NCBI GenBank assembly: GCA_963798915.1
Contig: CAWCVB010000001.1
Location: 256,001 to 320,000, forward strand
DNA length: 64,000 nt
Reading direction: 5' to 3'
DNA from: an uncultured Gemmatimonadales bacterium
GTDB lineage: Bacteria; Gemmatimonadota; Gemmatimonadetes; Gemmatimonadales; GWC2-71-9
Positions 31,682-41,656 of this stretch are shown one piece after another. Below the pieces are notes generated by a model. That model was not told the DNA's origin, did not search any database, and was given only the letters and a program-made list of their open reading frames with translations. A program made the translations under genes and the position numbers. The first letter of the stretch is position 1. The number at the start of each line of letters is the position of its first letter.

Positions 31682-32801
31682 GGGTCAGCTGCGCAATCAG
31701 GGCCCGGCAATCGTCGGGCACGTTGTAGAAGTACGGCGAGACACGGACGTGTCCCGGCCGAGCGTCGGTCACGATATGGGCCTGGGCCAGCCGGGCCACG
31801 TCGGCATGAGGATCGTCAGCCGGAATCATGATAATGGCGGCCCGCTCCGCTGGCGATGATGCCACCGTCGGCGCAAAGCCTGCGGCCCTGAGCTGCTCCA
31901 GGCAGTCCTCCGTGAGCGCCGAGGTGCGCCGGCGTATGGCTTCAATGCCCAGTTCCTCCCAGATCTCCAGCCCGCCGAGCTGAGCATAGACCGGGAGCAG
32001 CGGCGGCGTGCCCATCTCGAGCCGCCGCGCGTCGGCATGGAACTCGAGCGCGCGGACATCGAACTTGAACTGATCCCGATGCGCAAACCATCCCGTGGCG
32101 TGGGGATACAGGTCGCGCGTGATGTCTGGCGAGGCATAAAGGAAGGCGACGCCGGCACCGCCCATGAGCCACTTGAGGCCGCCCGCGCAGTAGAAGTCCG
32201 CGCCCGAGCGCTTGACATCGACCGGGATCTGCCCCGCCGCCTGATAGCCGTCAATCAGGCAGAGGGCGCCCCGCCGGTGTGCCAGCGCCGCAATGGACTC
32301 GACATCCTGGATGGCACCCGTGGTGAAGAAGACGTGGCTGGTGGCCACGATGGCCGTCTGGTCATCGATGGCCCGTTGGTACATCTCAAGTGGAACGCTG
32401 ATGCCGTCGGGACTCTCGAGGATGATGACTTCGACCCCAAGGTCCTGCCGCGCGAGCCACTGGTAACTGATCGTCGGAAAATCGAGACTGGTGACGATGA
32501 CCTTGTTCCGTCGGGAATACTCGATCGACTCGGCCACCACGGTCAGCGCCGAAGAGATGCTGGGGTGCAGCGCGATCTCGCCCGCCCCGGCGCCGACGAC
32601 CCGGCCGTAGCGCTCCCGCAATTCCTGCAGCGCCGCCCACCAGACATCGTACCACGCCGCCGCTCCCCGGCTCTCCCAGAGATCGAGGTACTGGTTGATC
32701 TTCCGCCGGGTCCGGATGCTGAGGGCGCCCAGGGAACAGCTGTTGAGATAGACGGAATGCTGATAGATGGGGAATTCGTCCCGGCAGGTCGGAATGGCCA
32801 T
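31674..32801 (-). CDS. Class V PLP enzyme, kynureninase-like
   Basis: YLNSCSLG, DFPT, IDGYQAAG, GGLKWLMGG, GWF, RLEMGTP. Confidence 0.85.
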   Translation of the reverse strand: MAIPTCRDEFPIYQHSVYLNSCSLGALSIRTRRKINQYLDLWESRGAAAWYDVWWAALQELRERYGRVVGAGAGEIALHPSISSALTVVAESIEYSRRNKVIVTSLDFPTISYQWLARQDLGVEVIILESPDGISVPLEMYQRAIDDQTAIVATSHVFFTTGAIQDVESIAALAHRRGALCLIDGYQAAGQIPVDVKRSGADFYCAGGLKWLMGGAGVAFLYASPDITRDLYPHATGWFAHRDQFKFDVRALEFHADARRLEMGTPPLLPVYAQLGGLEIWEELGIEAIRRRTSALTEDCLEQLRAAGFAPTVASSPAERAAIIMIPADDPHADVARLAQAHIVTDARPGHVRVSPYFYNVPDDCRALIAQLTRG

Positions 32802-32830
32802 CGGGTCTGGGTTGGGCATGAGGGAATATA

Positions 32831-33055
32831 GGGTCGAGGGTCGAGGGTCGAGGGTCGAGGGTCGCATCGGGCAGAGCCATGGCTCTGCCTGTACGAAGGT
32901 CAGGCGTGGCGTCAGGGGCAGAGCCGTGGCTCTGCCCGTACGAGGGTCGAGGGGCGCATCGGGCAGGGCCATGGCTCTGCCTCAGGCAGCGAGGGATCTT
33001 GCCGACCGTGCTCCGGAGCCGGGTAAGCAGATCCTTCGCTTTGCTCAGGATGACA
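32831..33055. repeat. Heptamer array, three REP-like palindromic units and a family B half element
   Basis: Units at 32869, 32916, 32961; AGATCCTTCGCTTTGCTCAGGATGACA at 33029-33055. Confidence 0.85.
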
Positions 33056-33123
33056 CCTCTCGCGAACCGACGACCGACGACCCGATTACCTTTCTCCCAC
33101 GTTGCCCGCCGGAGATTGCGCCC

Positions 33124-33414
33124 TTGCCACCATCCGACCCGACCTGGCCCCGCTACCAAGGCTCCTGGAGCCGGCTGGTTCTGCGGCTGGCGGCCCGCGC
33201 CGCCGTTCGGCCTACGCTTGCGCTCGATCTGCTCACAGCGGCCTGGGCATTTCGCCGGCGCGGATGGTGGCGACAGCCGCCCTTTCTTCCCCTTCCCGAC
33301 CGCGTCTACCTCCGGTGGCGCATGTACACGGCGTATGCCGATGAAGCCGCCGTGCCACCCCTCGACGACGTGATCCGCTTTGTGCGGTGGCGACGGGAGC
33401 TGCTCCGCCCATGA
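33124..33414 (+). CDS. Conserved hypothetical protein
   Basis: WWRQPPFLPLPDRVYLRWRMYTAY; ATGA overlap with ndh; start uncertain. Confidence 0.65.
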   Translation: MPPSDPTWPRYQGSWSRLVLRLAARAAVRPTLALDLLTAAWAFRRRGWWRQPPFLPLPDRVYLRWRMYTAYADEAAVPPLDDVIRFVRWRRELLRP

Positions 33415-34685
33415 GGCACGTCGTCATTCTGGGCGGTGGCTTTGCGGGACTCTACGCCGCGCGGGCGCTCAAGGGCGCGCCGGTCCACGTCACCGTCATC
33501 GACCGCACCAATCATCACCTGTTCCAGCCGATGCTCTACCAGGTGGCGACGGCGGCCCTGAGCCCGAGCGATATCGCCTATCCGATCCGATCGGTGCTCA
33601 GGCGACACAAGAACACCGACGTGCTCCTCGGCGAGGTGAGCCGAATTGATGTGAAGGGTCGAAGAGTCCAGTTGACCGATAGTCGTAGTATTCACTACGA
33701 CTATCTGCTCGTGGCGGTTGGCGCGCACCACTCCTACTTCGGTCATGACCAGTGGGAGCCGCTGGCGCCTGGCCTCAAGGCCATTACCGATGCCCTCGAA
33801 GTCCGCCGCCGGATTCTGCTGGCATTCGAGCTGGCAGAGCAGGAACCTGATCCGGCGCGGCGCCAGGCGCTGCTCAACTTCGTCATCGTGGGCGCGGGGC
33901 CGACCGGCGTGGAAGTGGCCGGCGCTATCGCCGAGATCAAGGAGAAGACCCTTCGCCGGGACTTCAGGAACATCAACCCGCGATCGGCCAAGGTGGTGCT
34001 GGTGGAGGCTGGCGAGCGGGTGCTGCCGCCCTATCCCCCCAAGCTGAGCGAGGCAGCCCAGCGCACGCTCGAACGGCTGGGTGTGGAGGTGCGCACTGGC
34101 GCCATGGTGACCGATGTGCGTCACGACGGTGTCAGCATGGGTGCTGACTTTATACCGTCGCGCTGCGTCATCTGGGCTGCCGGTAACAAAGCGAGCCCGG
34201 TGCTCCAGACAATGGAGGCGCCGCTCGATCGCCAGGGACGGGTGCTGGTGCAGCCGGACCTGACCATACCGGGCCATCCTGAAGTTTTCGTGCTGGGTGA
34301 TGCCGCGGCCTTTACCCATCAGCCAGGATACAACGGACCCCTTCCTGCGCTTTCGCCAGTCGCGATCCAGATGGGCCACTACGCCGCTCGGCGGATCCGC
34401 GAGGAAACCGCCGACAACGCACTCGTGGAACGGCGCCGGCCGTTCAGGTATTTCGACAAGGGCCAGCTCGCTGTCATCGGACGCGGGCGCGCCGTGGCCG
34501 ATCTGCGGAAGCTGAAATTCTCCGGCTTCTTTGCCTGGCTGGCGTGGATTTTTGTCCATATCGCCTACCTGATCGGATTCCGGAACCGCGTGATCGTCCT
34601 GACGGAATGGGCCATTTCCTATTTCACCTACGGCAAGGGAGCTCGGCTCATCAACGGCCCCATCTCCAGTTCGGACTGTACGTGA
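33411..34685 (+). CDS. ndh: Type II NADH dehydrogenase
   Basis: GGGFAG, HLFQPMLYQVAT, GAGPTGVE, WAAG, GD, DKG. Confidence 0.93.
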   Translation: MRHVVILGGGFAGLYAARALKGAPVHVTVIDRTNHHLFQPMLYQVATAALSPSDIAYPIRSVLRRHKNTDVLLGEVSRIDVKGRRVQLTDSRSIHYDYLLVAVGAHHSYFGHDQWEPLAPGLKAITDALEVRRRILLAFELAEQEPDPARRQALLNFVIVGAGPTGVEVAGAIAEIKEKTLRRDFRNINPRSAKVVLVEAGERVLPPYPPKLSEAAQRTLERLGVEVRTGAMVTDVRHDGVSMGADFIPSRCVIWAAGNKASPVLQTMEAPLDRQGRVLVQPDLTIPGHPEVFVLGDAAAFTHQPGYNGPLPALSPVAIQMGHYAARRIREETADNALVERRRPFRYFDKGQLAVIGRGRAVADLRKLKFSGFFAWLAWIFVHIAYLIGFRNRVIVLTEWAISYFTYGKGARLINGPISSSDCT

Positions 34686-35614
34686 TTTCGCCTGAACAGA
34701 TCCGGCGCTGGACCAAAGAAGAGGGCTTCCTGGCATGCGGCATTACCGATCTTGCGCCCAATGCCTACGCCGACGCGCTGGATGACTGGCTGGCCCGAGG
34801 CTTCGGCGGCACCATGCGCTACCTGCACCGCCAGGCACGTCGCCGGAAAGATCCCGCGCTGGTGGACCCGGAGGCGCGATCGGCGATTGTAGTATTGGAT
34901 AACTACTACTACGACGACAGCCGCCGGAACGAGCGGCCGCCCAGGATAGCCAAGTACGCCCGGGGTCGGGACTACCACGAATCCGTGGGTGAGCGACTGG
35001 AGACGGTCGCGGCCCGGCTCCGCGCCCACGGGGCGGGCCACACCCGCTGCTACGTGGATGCCGGCCCCGTGCCCGAACGCGAGCTGGCGCGCCGAGCCGG
35101 CCTGGGCTGGATCGGAAAGAACAGCATGCTCATCCGTCCCGGGGTCGGCTCGTTCTTCTTCATTGGCGAAATACTGACCGACCTCGCGCTGCCGGCTGAC
35201 CCGCCCTTCGAGACCGATCACTGCGGGAGCTGCACCCGGTGCCTTGACGCCTGTCCCACCGATGCCATTGTGGAGCCGAGGGTGCTGGACGCGACCCGCT
35301 GCATTTCCTATCTCACCATCGAGCAGAAGGGACCGATTCCGGACGAGCTGGCGGCGAAGATGGAGGGCTGGGTGTTCGGGTGCGATATCTGTAATGACGT
35401 GTGCCCCTGGAATGAGAAGTTCGCGGGGCGGGATGGGCGGGATGGGCGGGATGGGCAGGATGGGCAGGATGGGCGGGAGGCGCTGGATTCGTTCGAGACG
35501 ATGAGCGAGGAGGAGTTCGAGCGTCGCTTCGCCGGCACCCCATTCACTCGGGCCGGCCTGGACGGCATGCGGCGGAACATCAGGGCGGCGCTCCATCCTT
35601 CGCGGCGACGCTAA
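34682..35614 (+). CDS. queG: tRNA epoxyqueuosine reductase
   Basis: YARGRDYH, VDAGPVPER, CGSCTRCLDACPT, CISYLTIE, GCDICNDVCPWN. Confidence 0.95.
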   Translation: MISPEQIRRWTKEEGFLACGITDLAPNAYADALDDWLARGFGGTMRYLHRQARRRKDPALVDPEARSAIVVLDNYYYDDSRRNERPPRIAKYARGRDYHESVGERLETVAARLRAHGAGHTRCYVDAGPVPERELARRAGLGWIGKNSMLIRPGVGSFFFIGEILTDLALPADPPFETDHCGSCTRCLDACPTDAIVEPRVLDATRCISYLTIEQKGPIPDELAAKMEGWVFGCDICNDVCPWNEKFAGRDGRDGRDGQDGQDGREALDSFETMSEEEFERRFAGTPFTRAGLDGMRRNIRAALHPSRRR

Positions 35615-35642
35615 GCACCCGAGACCCACGACCCGAGACCCG

Positions 35643-36083
35643 ATGGCTGAACCATTTCATTTTGCATTCTTCGTCAAGGACCTCGACTCCACCCGCCGGT
35701 TTTACGGCGAGCTGCTGGGCTGCCGCGAGGGGCGGAGCACGGCGACGTGGGTGGATTTTGACTTCTTCGGCAACCAGATCTCCTGCCACGCCAGCGGGGC
35801 GCCCATGACAACAACGGATAGCGGCGTGGTGGATGGCGTGTCGGTGCCGATGCCGCACTTCGGTGCAGTGCTGCCGAGGGATGTGTTCGAGGCGTTGGCT
35901 GACCGGCTCCGTCGAGCGGGCCAGCGGTTCATCATCGAGCCGCGTCTCCGCTTCGCAGGAGAACCGGGCGAGCAGATGACGATGTTCCTCCGTGACCCGA
36001 GCGGGAATGCCCTGGAGTTCAAGAGTTTCCGGAATCCAGATCAGGTCTTCAGTCCCCTCTCGCCCGCCCTGCCCGTCCTGTGA
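35643..36083 (+). CDS. VOC/glyoxalase family protein
   Basis: PFHFAF, WVDFDFFG, PHFG, DPSGNALEFK. Confidence 0.9.
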   Translation: MAEPFHFAFFVKDLDSTRRFYGELLGCREGRSTATWVDFDFFGNQISCHASGAPMTTTDSGVVDGVSVPMPHFGAVLPRDVFEALADRLRRAGQRFIIEPRLRFAGEPGEQMTMFLRDPSGNALEFKSFRNPDQVFSPLSPALPVL

Positions 36084-37246
36084 TGAAATCCGCCTCGGTG
36101 CTCATCGTCGGCGGCGGGATCATCGGGGCCAGCATCGCCTGGCACCTGGCCAAGCTGGGCTGGCGCGACATCGTCATCGCCGACCGCGGTGGGTCGCCAG
36201 GTGACGGCAACACCAGCCGCACGACGGGGCTTTTCCGGTCCAACTTCAACGCACCGGTCAATGTGCGGCTTTCCTTGCTCTCCCGGCAGAAACTCGAGCA
36301 TTTTCGCGATGAGACCGGCGGTGACGCAGGCTACCACGCCACCGGCCATCTCTGGATTGCCGCCAACGCCGACGAGCTGGAGCGGCTGCGCGAGGGGTTG
36401 CGCGCGCAGCGGGCAGAGGGCGTGATCAACGTGCGCGAGCTGGGTGCGGACGACGCCCGACGCCTCAACCCCGCCTTGGCGCCGGACTGCGTTGCCGGCG
36501 GCGCCTTCTGCCCGCTCGACGGATCTTTCGAGCCGATGCAGGTCCTGAACGGGTATCTGGCGGCGTCCGAGCGGCATGGCGTCAAGGTCATGTGGGACGT
36601 CGATGTGCAGGGATTCAAGCGCAACGCGGCCCGTCGCATCACCGCAGCCGTGACCTCGGTCGGCACGATGCGGGTCGGCGCGGTGGTGAATGCGGCCGGG
36701 GCGTGGGCCGCGCCGATGGCGGACAGGGCCGGCGTGGCGCTGCCGGTGCTGCCACTTCGCCGCCAGGTGCTGACGGCGACGGCGCACGCGGGCCTGCCGA
36801 ATGGCATGCCGACAACCACATTCATGGCTGACGGACTGCAGATCTGCCGAAAAGACGACCAACTGCTGTTCACGCGCCCATCCCCGGCGATCCGGGGGCG
36901 GCCATGGGACTGCAGTGTGGATGCGGCGTGGATCGAGGAGACGGCGGCGCTGGCCCGCAAGCGGATGCCGGTGCTCGCCGATGCCGCGCTCGATGGCGCA
37001 GGCTCCTGGGCCGGTCTCTATGAAATCTCCCCGGATCATCACCCGGTAGTCGGTGATTCGATCGAGTGCAGCAACTTTTTCATGGCCAACGGCGCGTCGG
37101 GGCACGGCGCCATGCACGCGCCGGCGCTGGGCCAGCTCCTGGCCGAGCTGATGACCGAGGGCCGGGCGCCAGCCATGGATCTCGCTCCGCTTCGCCTGAG
37201 CCGGTTTTCGGAGGGCCAGCCCAACCCCGGATCGGTGTTTCCCTGA
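36083..37246 (+). CDS. FAD-dependent oxidoreductase (DAO/sarcosine oxidase beta-like)
   Basis: GGGIIG, VVNAAGAW, WAGLYEISPD, SGHG. Confidence 0.9.
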   Translation: MKSASVLIVGGGIIGASIAWHLAKLGWRDIVIADRGGSPGDGNTSRTTGLFRSNFNAPVNVRLSLLSRQKLEHFRDETGGDAGYHATGHLWIAANADELERLREGLRAQRAEGVINVRELGADDARRLNPALAPDCVAGGAFCPLDGSFEPMQVLNGYLAASERHGVKVMWDVDVQGFKRNAARRITAAVTSVGTMRVGAVVNAAGAWAAPMADRAGVALPVLPLRRQVLTATAHAGLPNGMPTTTFMADGLQICRKDDQLLFTRPSPAIRGRPWDCSVDAAWIEETAALARKRMPVLADAALDGAGSWAGLYEISPDHHPVVGDSIECSNFFMANGASGHGAMHAPALGQLLAELMTEGRAPAMDLAPLRLSRFSEGQPNPGSVFP

Positions 37247-37824
37247 TGCGGTACCTGGCATTGGGCGACAGTTACACGGTGGGAGAGGGCACGGGTAAGG
37301 GCGAGAGCTTTCCGGCGCTCGTTGACCGTCTATGGTCGACAGTCAACGGTCGACGGTCGACAGTCGATCTCCTCGCCGCCACCGGCTGGACCACCGGCGA
37401 CCTGCTGGCCGCCATCCATTCGGCACCGCCGGCCGGGACCTACGATCTCGTCACCCTCTGCATTGGCGTCAACAACCAGTACCGTGGGCTCCCGGTCGGG
37501 CAGTTTCGGGCGGAGTTCGGCGAGCTGCTCGATCTCGCCATCCGGTATGCCGGCGGCGAGCCGGACCGCGTCCTGGCGCTATCCATTCCCGATTGGGGCG
37601 TCACTCCTTTCGCCGAGGGGCGTGACCGGACGGTCATTGCAGGTGAAATTGATCTGTTCAACCGGGAGGCGGCATCGGCGGCGCGGGCACGGGGCGCGGG
37701 ATGGCTCGACGTCACGGGCGATTCGCGGGCCCATCCGGCCGATGTCGTGGGCGACGGCCTTCATCCGTCTGCAGCAGCATACCGGCGCTGGGCGCAGCTC
37801 GTCGTGCAGCAGCTTCAACCCTGA
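37246..37824 (+). CDS. SGNH/GDSL hydrolase
   Basis: YLALGDSYT, IGVNNQY, DGLHPS. Confidence 0.92.
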   Translation: MRYLALGDSYTVGEGTGKGESFPALVDRLWSTVNGRRSTVDLLAATGWTTGDLLAAIHSAPPAGTYDLVTLCIGVNNQYRGLPVGQFRAEFGELLDLAIRYAGGEPDRVLALSIPDWGVTPFAEGRDRTVIAGEIDLFNREAASAARARGAGWLDVTGDSRAHPADVVGDGLHPSAAAYRRWAQLVVQQLQP

Positions 37825-37835
37825 CAGGAAGACTC

Positions 37836-38618
37836 ATGGCCTTCGGATTGCCGGAAAGCGAAACCCGCCTGACCTACGGCGGCTACCTGCGGGTCGGCGA
37901 ACTGATCCGGCTGCAGCAGCTCAAGTCCGACCCGCCGCAGCACGACGAAATGCTCTTCATCATCATCCACCAGACTTATGAGCTCTGGTTCAAGCAGATC
38001 CTGCATGAACTCGACGGGATCGTGCGGCGGATCGACGGGGACGACGTGCTGGGCGCCAGCCGGCTGCTGCGGCGCTGCCACGCCATCGAGCGGGTGCTGG
38101 TGGAACAGCTGTCGGTATTGGAGACGATGACGCCGGTGGAGTTTCTGTCCTTCCGCAACCATCTCATGCCGGCCAGCGGATTCCAGTCGGCCCAGTTCCG
38201 TGAGCTCGAGTTCACGACCGGGCTCAAGGATGCCCGGGTCCTCTCGCACTATACCGAGGGCTCGCCGGAGCATGCCAGGCTCACGTCCCGCCTGGACGGA
38301 CGAACACTGCGTGATGCCTGGAGTGCGATCATGACGCGGCGCGGATTCGGCGCTGATGCGCCCGGCGTGGCCGGAGTCTATCACGACGCCGGGACGCATC
38401 CCGATCTGTTTCAGTTGCTCGAGGCCCTGATCGAGTTCGACGAACTGCTCTCGCTCTGGCGCTACCGCCATGTGCAGATGGTCGAGCGGGTGATCGGTGG
38501 CAAGCCCGGAACGGGCGGCAGCAGCGGTGCCGAATACCTCCGCGGAACCATGAGCCGTCGGATCTTCCCCGAACTCTGGGACGCGCGCACCCTGCTGGGC
38601 TCCGGAGGCTACGAGTGA
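37836..38618 (+). CDS. kynA: Tryptophan 2,3-dioxygenase
   Basis: HDEMLFIIIHQTYELWFK, ASGFQSAQFRELE, GTGGSSG. Confidence 0.95.
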   Translation: MAFGLPESETRLTYGGYLRVGELIRLQQLKSDPPQHDEMLFIIIHQTYELWFKQILHELDGIVRRIDGDDVLGASRLLRRCHAIERVLVEQLSVLETMTPVEFLSFRNHLMPASGFQSAQFRELEFTTGLKDARVLSHYTEGSPEHARLTSRLDGRTLRDAWSAIMTRRGFGADAPGVAGVYHDAGTHPDLFQLLEALIEFDELLSLWRYRHVQMVERVIGGKPGTGGSSGAEYLRGTMSRRIFPELWDARTLLGSGGYE

Positions 38619-39148
38619 GCGACGATCTCCGTTATCCTGTGGGAGCGTTTCAGGCGCCCGCCGTGGTCAGCGCCGACGATCGCGCGGCATTCATCGAAAC
38701 CATTGCGGAGACGCCGGCCCTGCTGCGCGCCGCGGTGGCGGGACTCGACGACGACCAGCTGGACACACCATATCGGCCCGAGGGATGGACGGTGCGTCAG
38801 GTGGTGCACCACCTGCCCGACAGTCACATGAATGCCTATATCAGGTTCCGGCTGTCATTGACCGAGGATCGTCCCGTCATCCGTCCCTATTACGAGGCGG
38901 AATGGGCCAGGCTGCCTGACGCCGCGTCGGGTCCGGTGGCATATTCGCTCGCCCTGCTCGAGGCGCTGCACGTACGCTGGGTCGTGCTTCTCCGCGCCAT
39001 GACAGACGCCGATTTCCTTCGGGTGTACCGCCATCCCGAGCAGCCAGGCCGGGACCTGCCCTTGAGTGAGGTGCTGGCCACCTACGCCTGGCATTGCCGG
39101 CATCACCTGGCGCACATCACCAGCCTTCGCGAACGGATGGGGTGGTAA
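38615..39148 (+). CDS. YfiT/DinB family metal-dependent thiol transferase
   Basis: DLRYPVG, WTVRQVVHHLPDSH, YAWHCRHH. Confidence 0.9.
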   Translation: MSDDLRYPVGAFQAPAVVSADDRAAFIETIAETPALLRAAVAGLDDDQLDTPYRPEGWTVRQVVHHLPDSHMNAYIRFRLSLTEDRPVIRPYYEAEWARLPDAASGPVAYSLALLEALHVRWVVLLRAMTDADFLRVYRHPEQPGRDLPLSEVLATYAWHCRHHLAHITSLRERMGW

Positions 39149-39149
39149 C

Positions 39150-39647
39150 ATGCTCGAGCACATTCGGGTCATCACCGACTGGGAGCAGGGCGTCCTGCGC
39201 ATTGCCGCGGCCATGGCCGGTGGCATGGTGCTCGGCATCAATCGCGATCTCCGGGGCAAGCCCGCCGGCGTGCGGACCCACGCACTGGTGGCCATCGGCT
39301 CATGCGTGTCGGCGGTGATCGCCTCCCTCATCATCACATCCGATCAGCTGCCGGACAACGATGCCCTGGGGCGCGTGATGCAGGGCATCATTACCGGGGT
39401 CGGCTTCATCGGTGGTGGCGTGATCCTCAAGATGCCGGAAGCGCGCGCCATCCAGGGACTCACGACGGCCGCGTCAATCTGGGTGACGGCCTGCATCAGC
39501 GTCGCCTTTGCACTGGGACTCTGGTACCTGGGCATTGCCGGCGTGGTGCTGACGCTGGTGGCGCTGCTGCTGGGCGGCGCCGTGGAACAGACCAGCGAGC
39601 GGCTGTTCAGCGGCCATCACCGCCCGGACGGCCCCGGGCCGTCCTGA
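39150..39647 (+). CDS. MgtC/SapB family protein
   Basis: AGVRTH, TGVGFIGGG, GLTTAASIW. Confidence 0.92.
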   Translation: MLEHIRVITDWEQGVLRIAAAMAGGMVLGINRDLRGKPAGVRTHALVAIGSCVSAVIASLIITSDQLPDNDALGRVMQGIITGVGFIGGGVILKMPEARAIQGLTTAASIWVTACISVAFALGLWYLGIAGVVLTLVALLLGGAVEQTSERLFSGHHRPDGPGPS

Positions 39648-39656
39648 GGCATCGCC

Positions 39657-40196
39657 GTGCGCGCCACGCTGGATACGCCCCGCTTCCTGCTGCGACCCTT
39701 TGTGCAGGACGACGCCGCCGAGGTGACGCGCATCGTCAGCGACCGGGAGATCGCGTCCACCACGCTCAACATTCCGCATCCCTACGAGCCGGGCATGGCC
39801 AAGCAGTGGATTGCCACCCACGCGGATGGACTGCACCGCCAGTCGCCCGTGGTCTTCGCCGTGACCGAGCGGGAGAGCGGGAAGCTGGTGGGCGCAATCG
39901 GACTGACGCTCGAGCCGGCGCATCACCGGGCGGAGATGGGATACTGGGTGGCGCGCGAGACCTGGGGCAAGGGCGTGTGCACTGAAGCGGCCACCGCCGT
40001 GATGCGCTACGGCTTCGACATTCTCGGCATCGAACGGATCCATGCCCATCATTTTGCCAGCAACCGAGCCTCCGGCCGTGTCATGGAGAAGCTGGGCATG
40101 CGCCACGAAGGGACCCTCCGCGGCCACGTAGAGAAGTGGGGGCGGCGCGAGGACATCGAGTGCTACGGCATCCTGCGTGAAGAGTTCGCGTCGTGA
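39657..40196 (+). CDS. GNAT N-acetyltransferase (RimJ/RimL type)
   Basis: EMGYW, WGKG, NRASGRVMEKLGM. Confidence 0.92.
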   Translation: MRATLDTPRFLLRPFVQDDAAEVTRIVSDREIASTTLNIPHPYEPGMAKQWIATHADGLHRQSPVVFAVTERESGKLVGAIGLTLEPAHHRAEMGYWVARETWGKGVCTEAATAVMRYGFDILGIERIHAHHFASNRASGRVMEKLGMRHEGTLRGHVEKWGRREDIECYGILREEFAS

Positions 40197-40708
40197 CCGC
40201 CGCCGATCCCGCCCGGCAGTCCAGTCTTGTCCGTCCAGACAACCTGGAATCGCTTCGCCGGCTCGCCTGGCTGCTGGACAGCCAGTTCCGGGTGCCGGGC
40301 ACCGTCTTCAGGTTCGGACTGGATGCGCTGGTGGGACTGGTTCCCGGTTTTGGCGACGTGCTCGGCGCCGTGGCCTCGGTGCTCTTCCTGGTGCAGGCGG
40401 TGCGGATGAAGGCGCCGGGCGCCGTGGTCGGCCGGATGGTGGCCAACATCACGATCGAGACGCTCCTCGGCATCATACCTGTCATCGGCGACCTGTTCGA
40501 CGCCAGCTTCAAGGCCAACCAGCGCAATCTCCGGCTGCTCCAGCGGCTGCAGGCCGAGCCCGAGACGACCCACCGTTCGAGCCGGCGACTCCTGATCGGC
40601 ATGGGTCTCGGAATCGTGCTTCTGTTCGTCGCGGTCGGCATTGTCGCCGTGGTCATCGGCGTCATGATCATCCGGGCGATCATCGAGGGCCGGGGACCGC
40701 TGGGTTAG
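40193..40708 (+). CDS. DUF4112 family protein
   Basis: LLDSQFRVPGT.FRFGLD, IPVIGDLFD. Confidence 0.9.
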   Translation: MTAADPARQSSLVRPDNLESLRRLAWLLDSQFRVPGTVFRFGLDALVGLVPGFGDVLGAVASVLFLVQAVRMKAPGAVVGRMVANITIETLLGIIPVIGDLFDASFKANQRNLRLLQRLQAEPETTHRSSRRLLIGMGLGIVLLFVAVGIVAVVIGVMIIRAIIEGRGPLG

Positions 40709-40898
40709 GAGACGGAATGGGCAGGTTGGGTAGGGTGAGTGGTCGTCAGTCGTCAGCCTTCAGTCGTCATGATGACAGCGCGCGTCCAACCCCGACCGAC
40801 GACCGACGACTGACTTCTTACTAATGACAGAACCCGCCATGCGTGCCATATTCGGCATGCCCAGCGACCACCATCACTGATCCACCATCGAGGCTACC

Positions 40899-41633
40899 GT
40901 GCCGGAGCTGCGCCTCCTGCTGCTCAGCAATTCCACCATGCCTGGCGAGGGCTACCTCGGCTGGGCACGGCCACATCTCGGCATCTTCCTGGGCCGGGAG
41001 GTGCGCCGAGTCTTCTTCGTCCCATTCGCCGGCGTCACCCGACCGTGGGATGAATATGCGGCGGTGGTACGCGGAGCATTCGGCGAACTGGGCTATGAGG
41101 TGGTGAGCGCGCACGATGTGCCCGACCCGGTGTCGGCCCTGCGCCAGTCGGACGCCGTGGCAGTGGGCGGCGGCAACACCTTTCATCTACTTGCGGGCCT
41201 CCATGCCACTGGTCTCCTCGGTCCCATGCGGGACGCCGCCCGCCAGGGAATGCCTTATGTGGGCTGGAGTGCCGGCTCCAACATCGCGTGTCCCAGCATC
41301 CGCACCACCAATGACATGCCGATCGTGGAGACGCCCGGCCTTGGCTCCCTGGGCCTGCTTCCATTTCAGATCAATGCGCACTATACGGAAGGACGACTCG
41401 CCGACCATGGTGGCGAGACACGGGTGGAGCGGCTCCGGGAGTTTGTCTCCGCCAATCCGGGCATGCCGGTGCTGGCCCTCCCCGAGGGAACAGCGCTCAG
41501 GGTGGAAGGCACCGAGCTCATCCTGATCGGCCGGCCGGAGGCGGTGCTCTACGGCCTGAACGGCGGACCTCGCGCGGTAGACGCACACGCGCTCAAGGAA
41601 CTGGGCATTGCGGGACTCACGCCGGCCCGCTGA
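40899..41633 (+). CDS. pepE: Dipeptidase E
   Basis: LLLSNS, GGGNTF, GWSAG, TTNDMP, INAHY, HGGETR. Confidence 0.95.
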   Translation: MPELRLLLLSNSTMPGEGYLGWARPHLGIFLGREVRRVFFVPFAGVTRPWDEYAAVVRGAFGELGYEVVSAHDVPDPVSALRQSDAVAVGGGNTFHLLAGLHATGLLGPMRDAARQGMPYVGWSAGSNIACPSIRTTNDMPIVETPGLGSLGLLPFQINAHYTEGRLADHGGETRVERLREFVSANPGMPVLALPEGTALRVEGTELILIGRPEAVLYGLNGGPRAVDAHALKELGIAGLTPAR

Positions 41634-41656
41634 ATCTCTCACGTCAGGACCTCGCC

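Noticed and set aside
32869..32982. Three spaced palindromes as a mini-CRISPR
   Set aside because: Repeats are degenerate, the spacers resemble each other, and there are no cas genes
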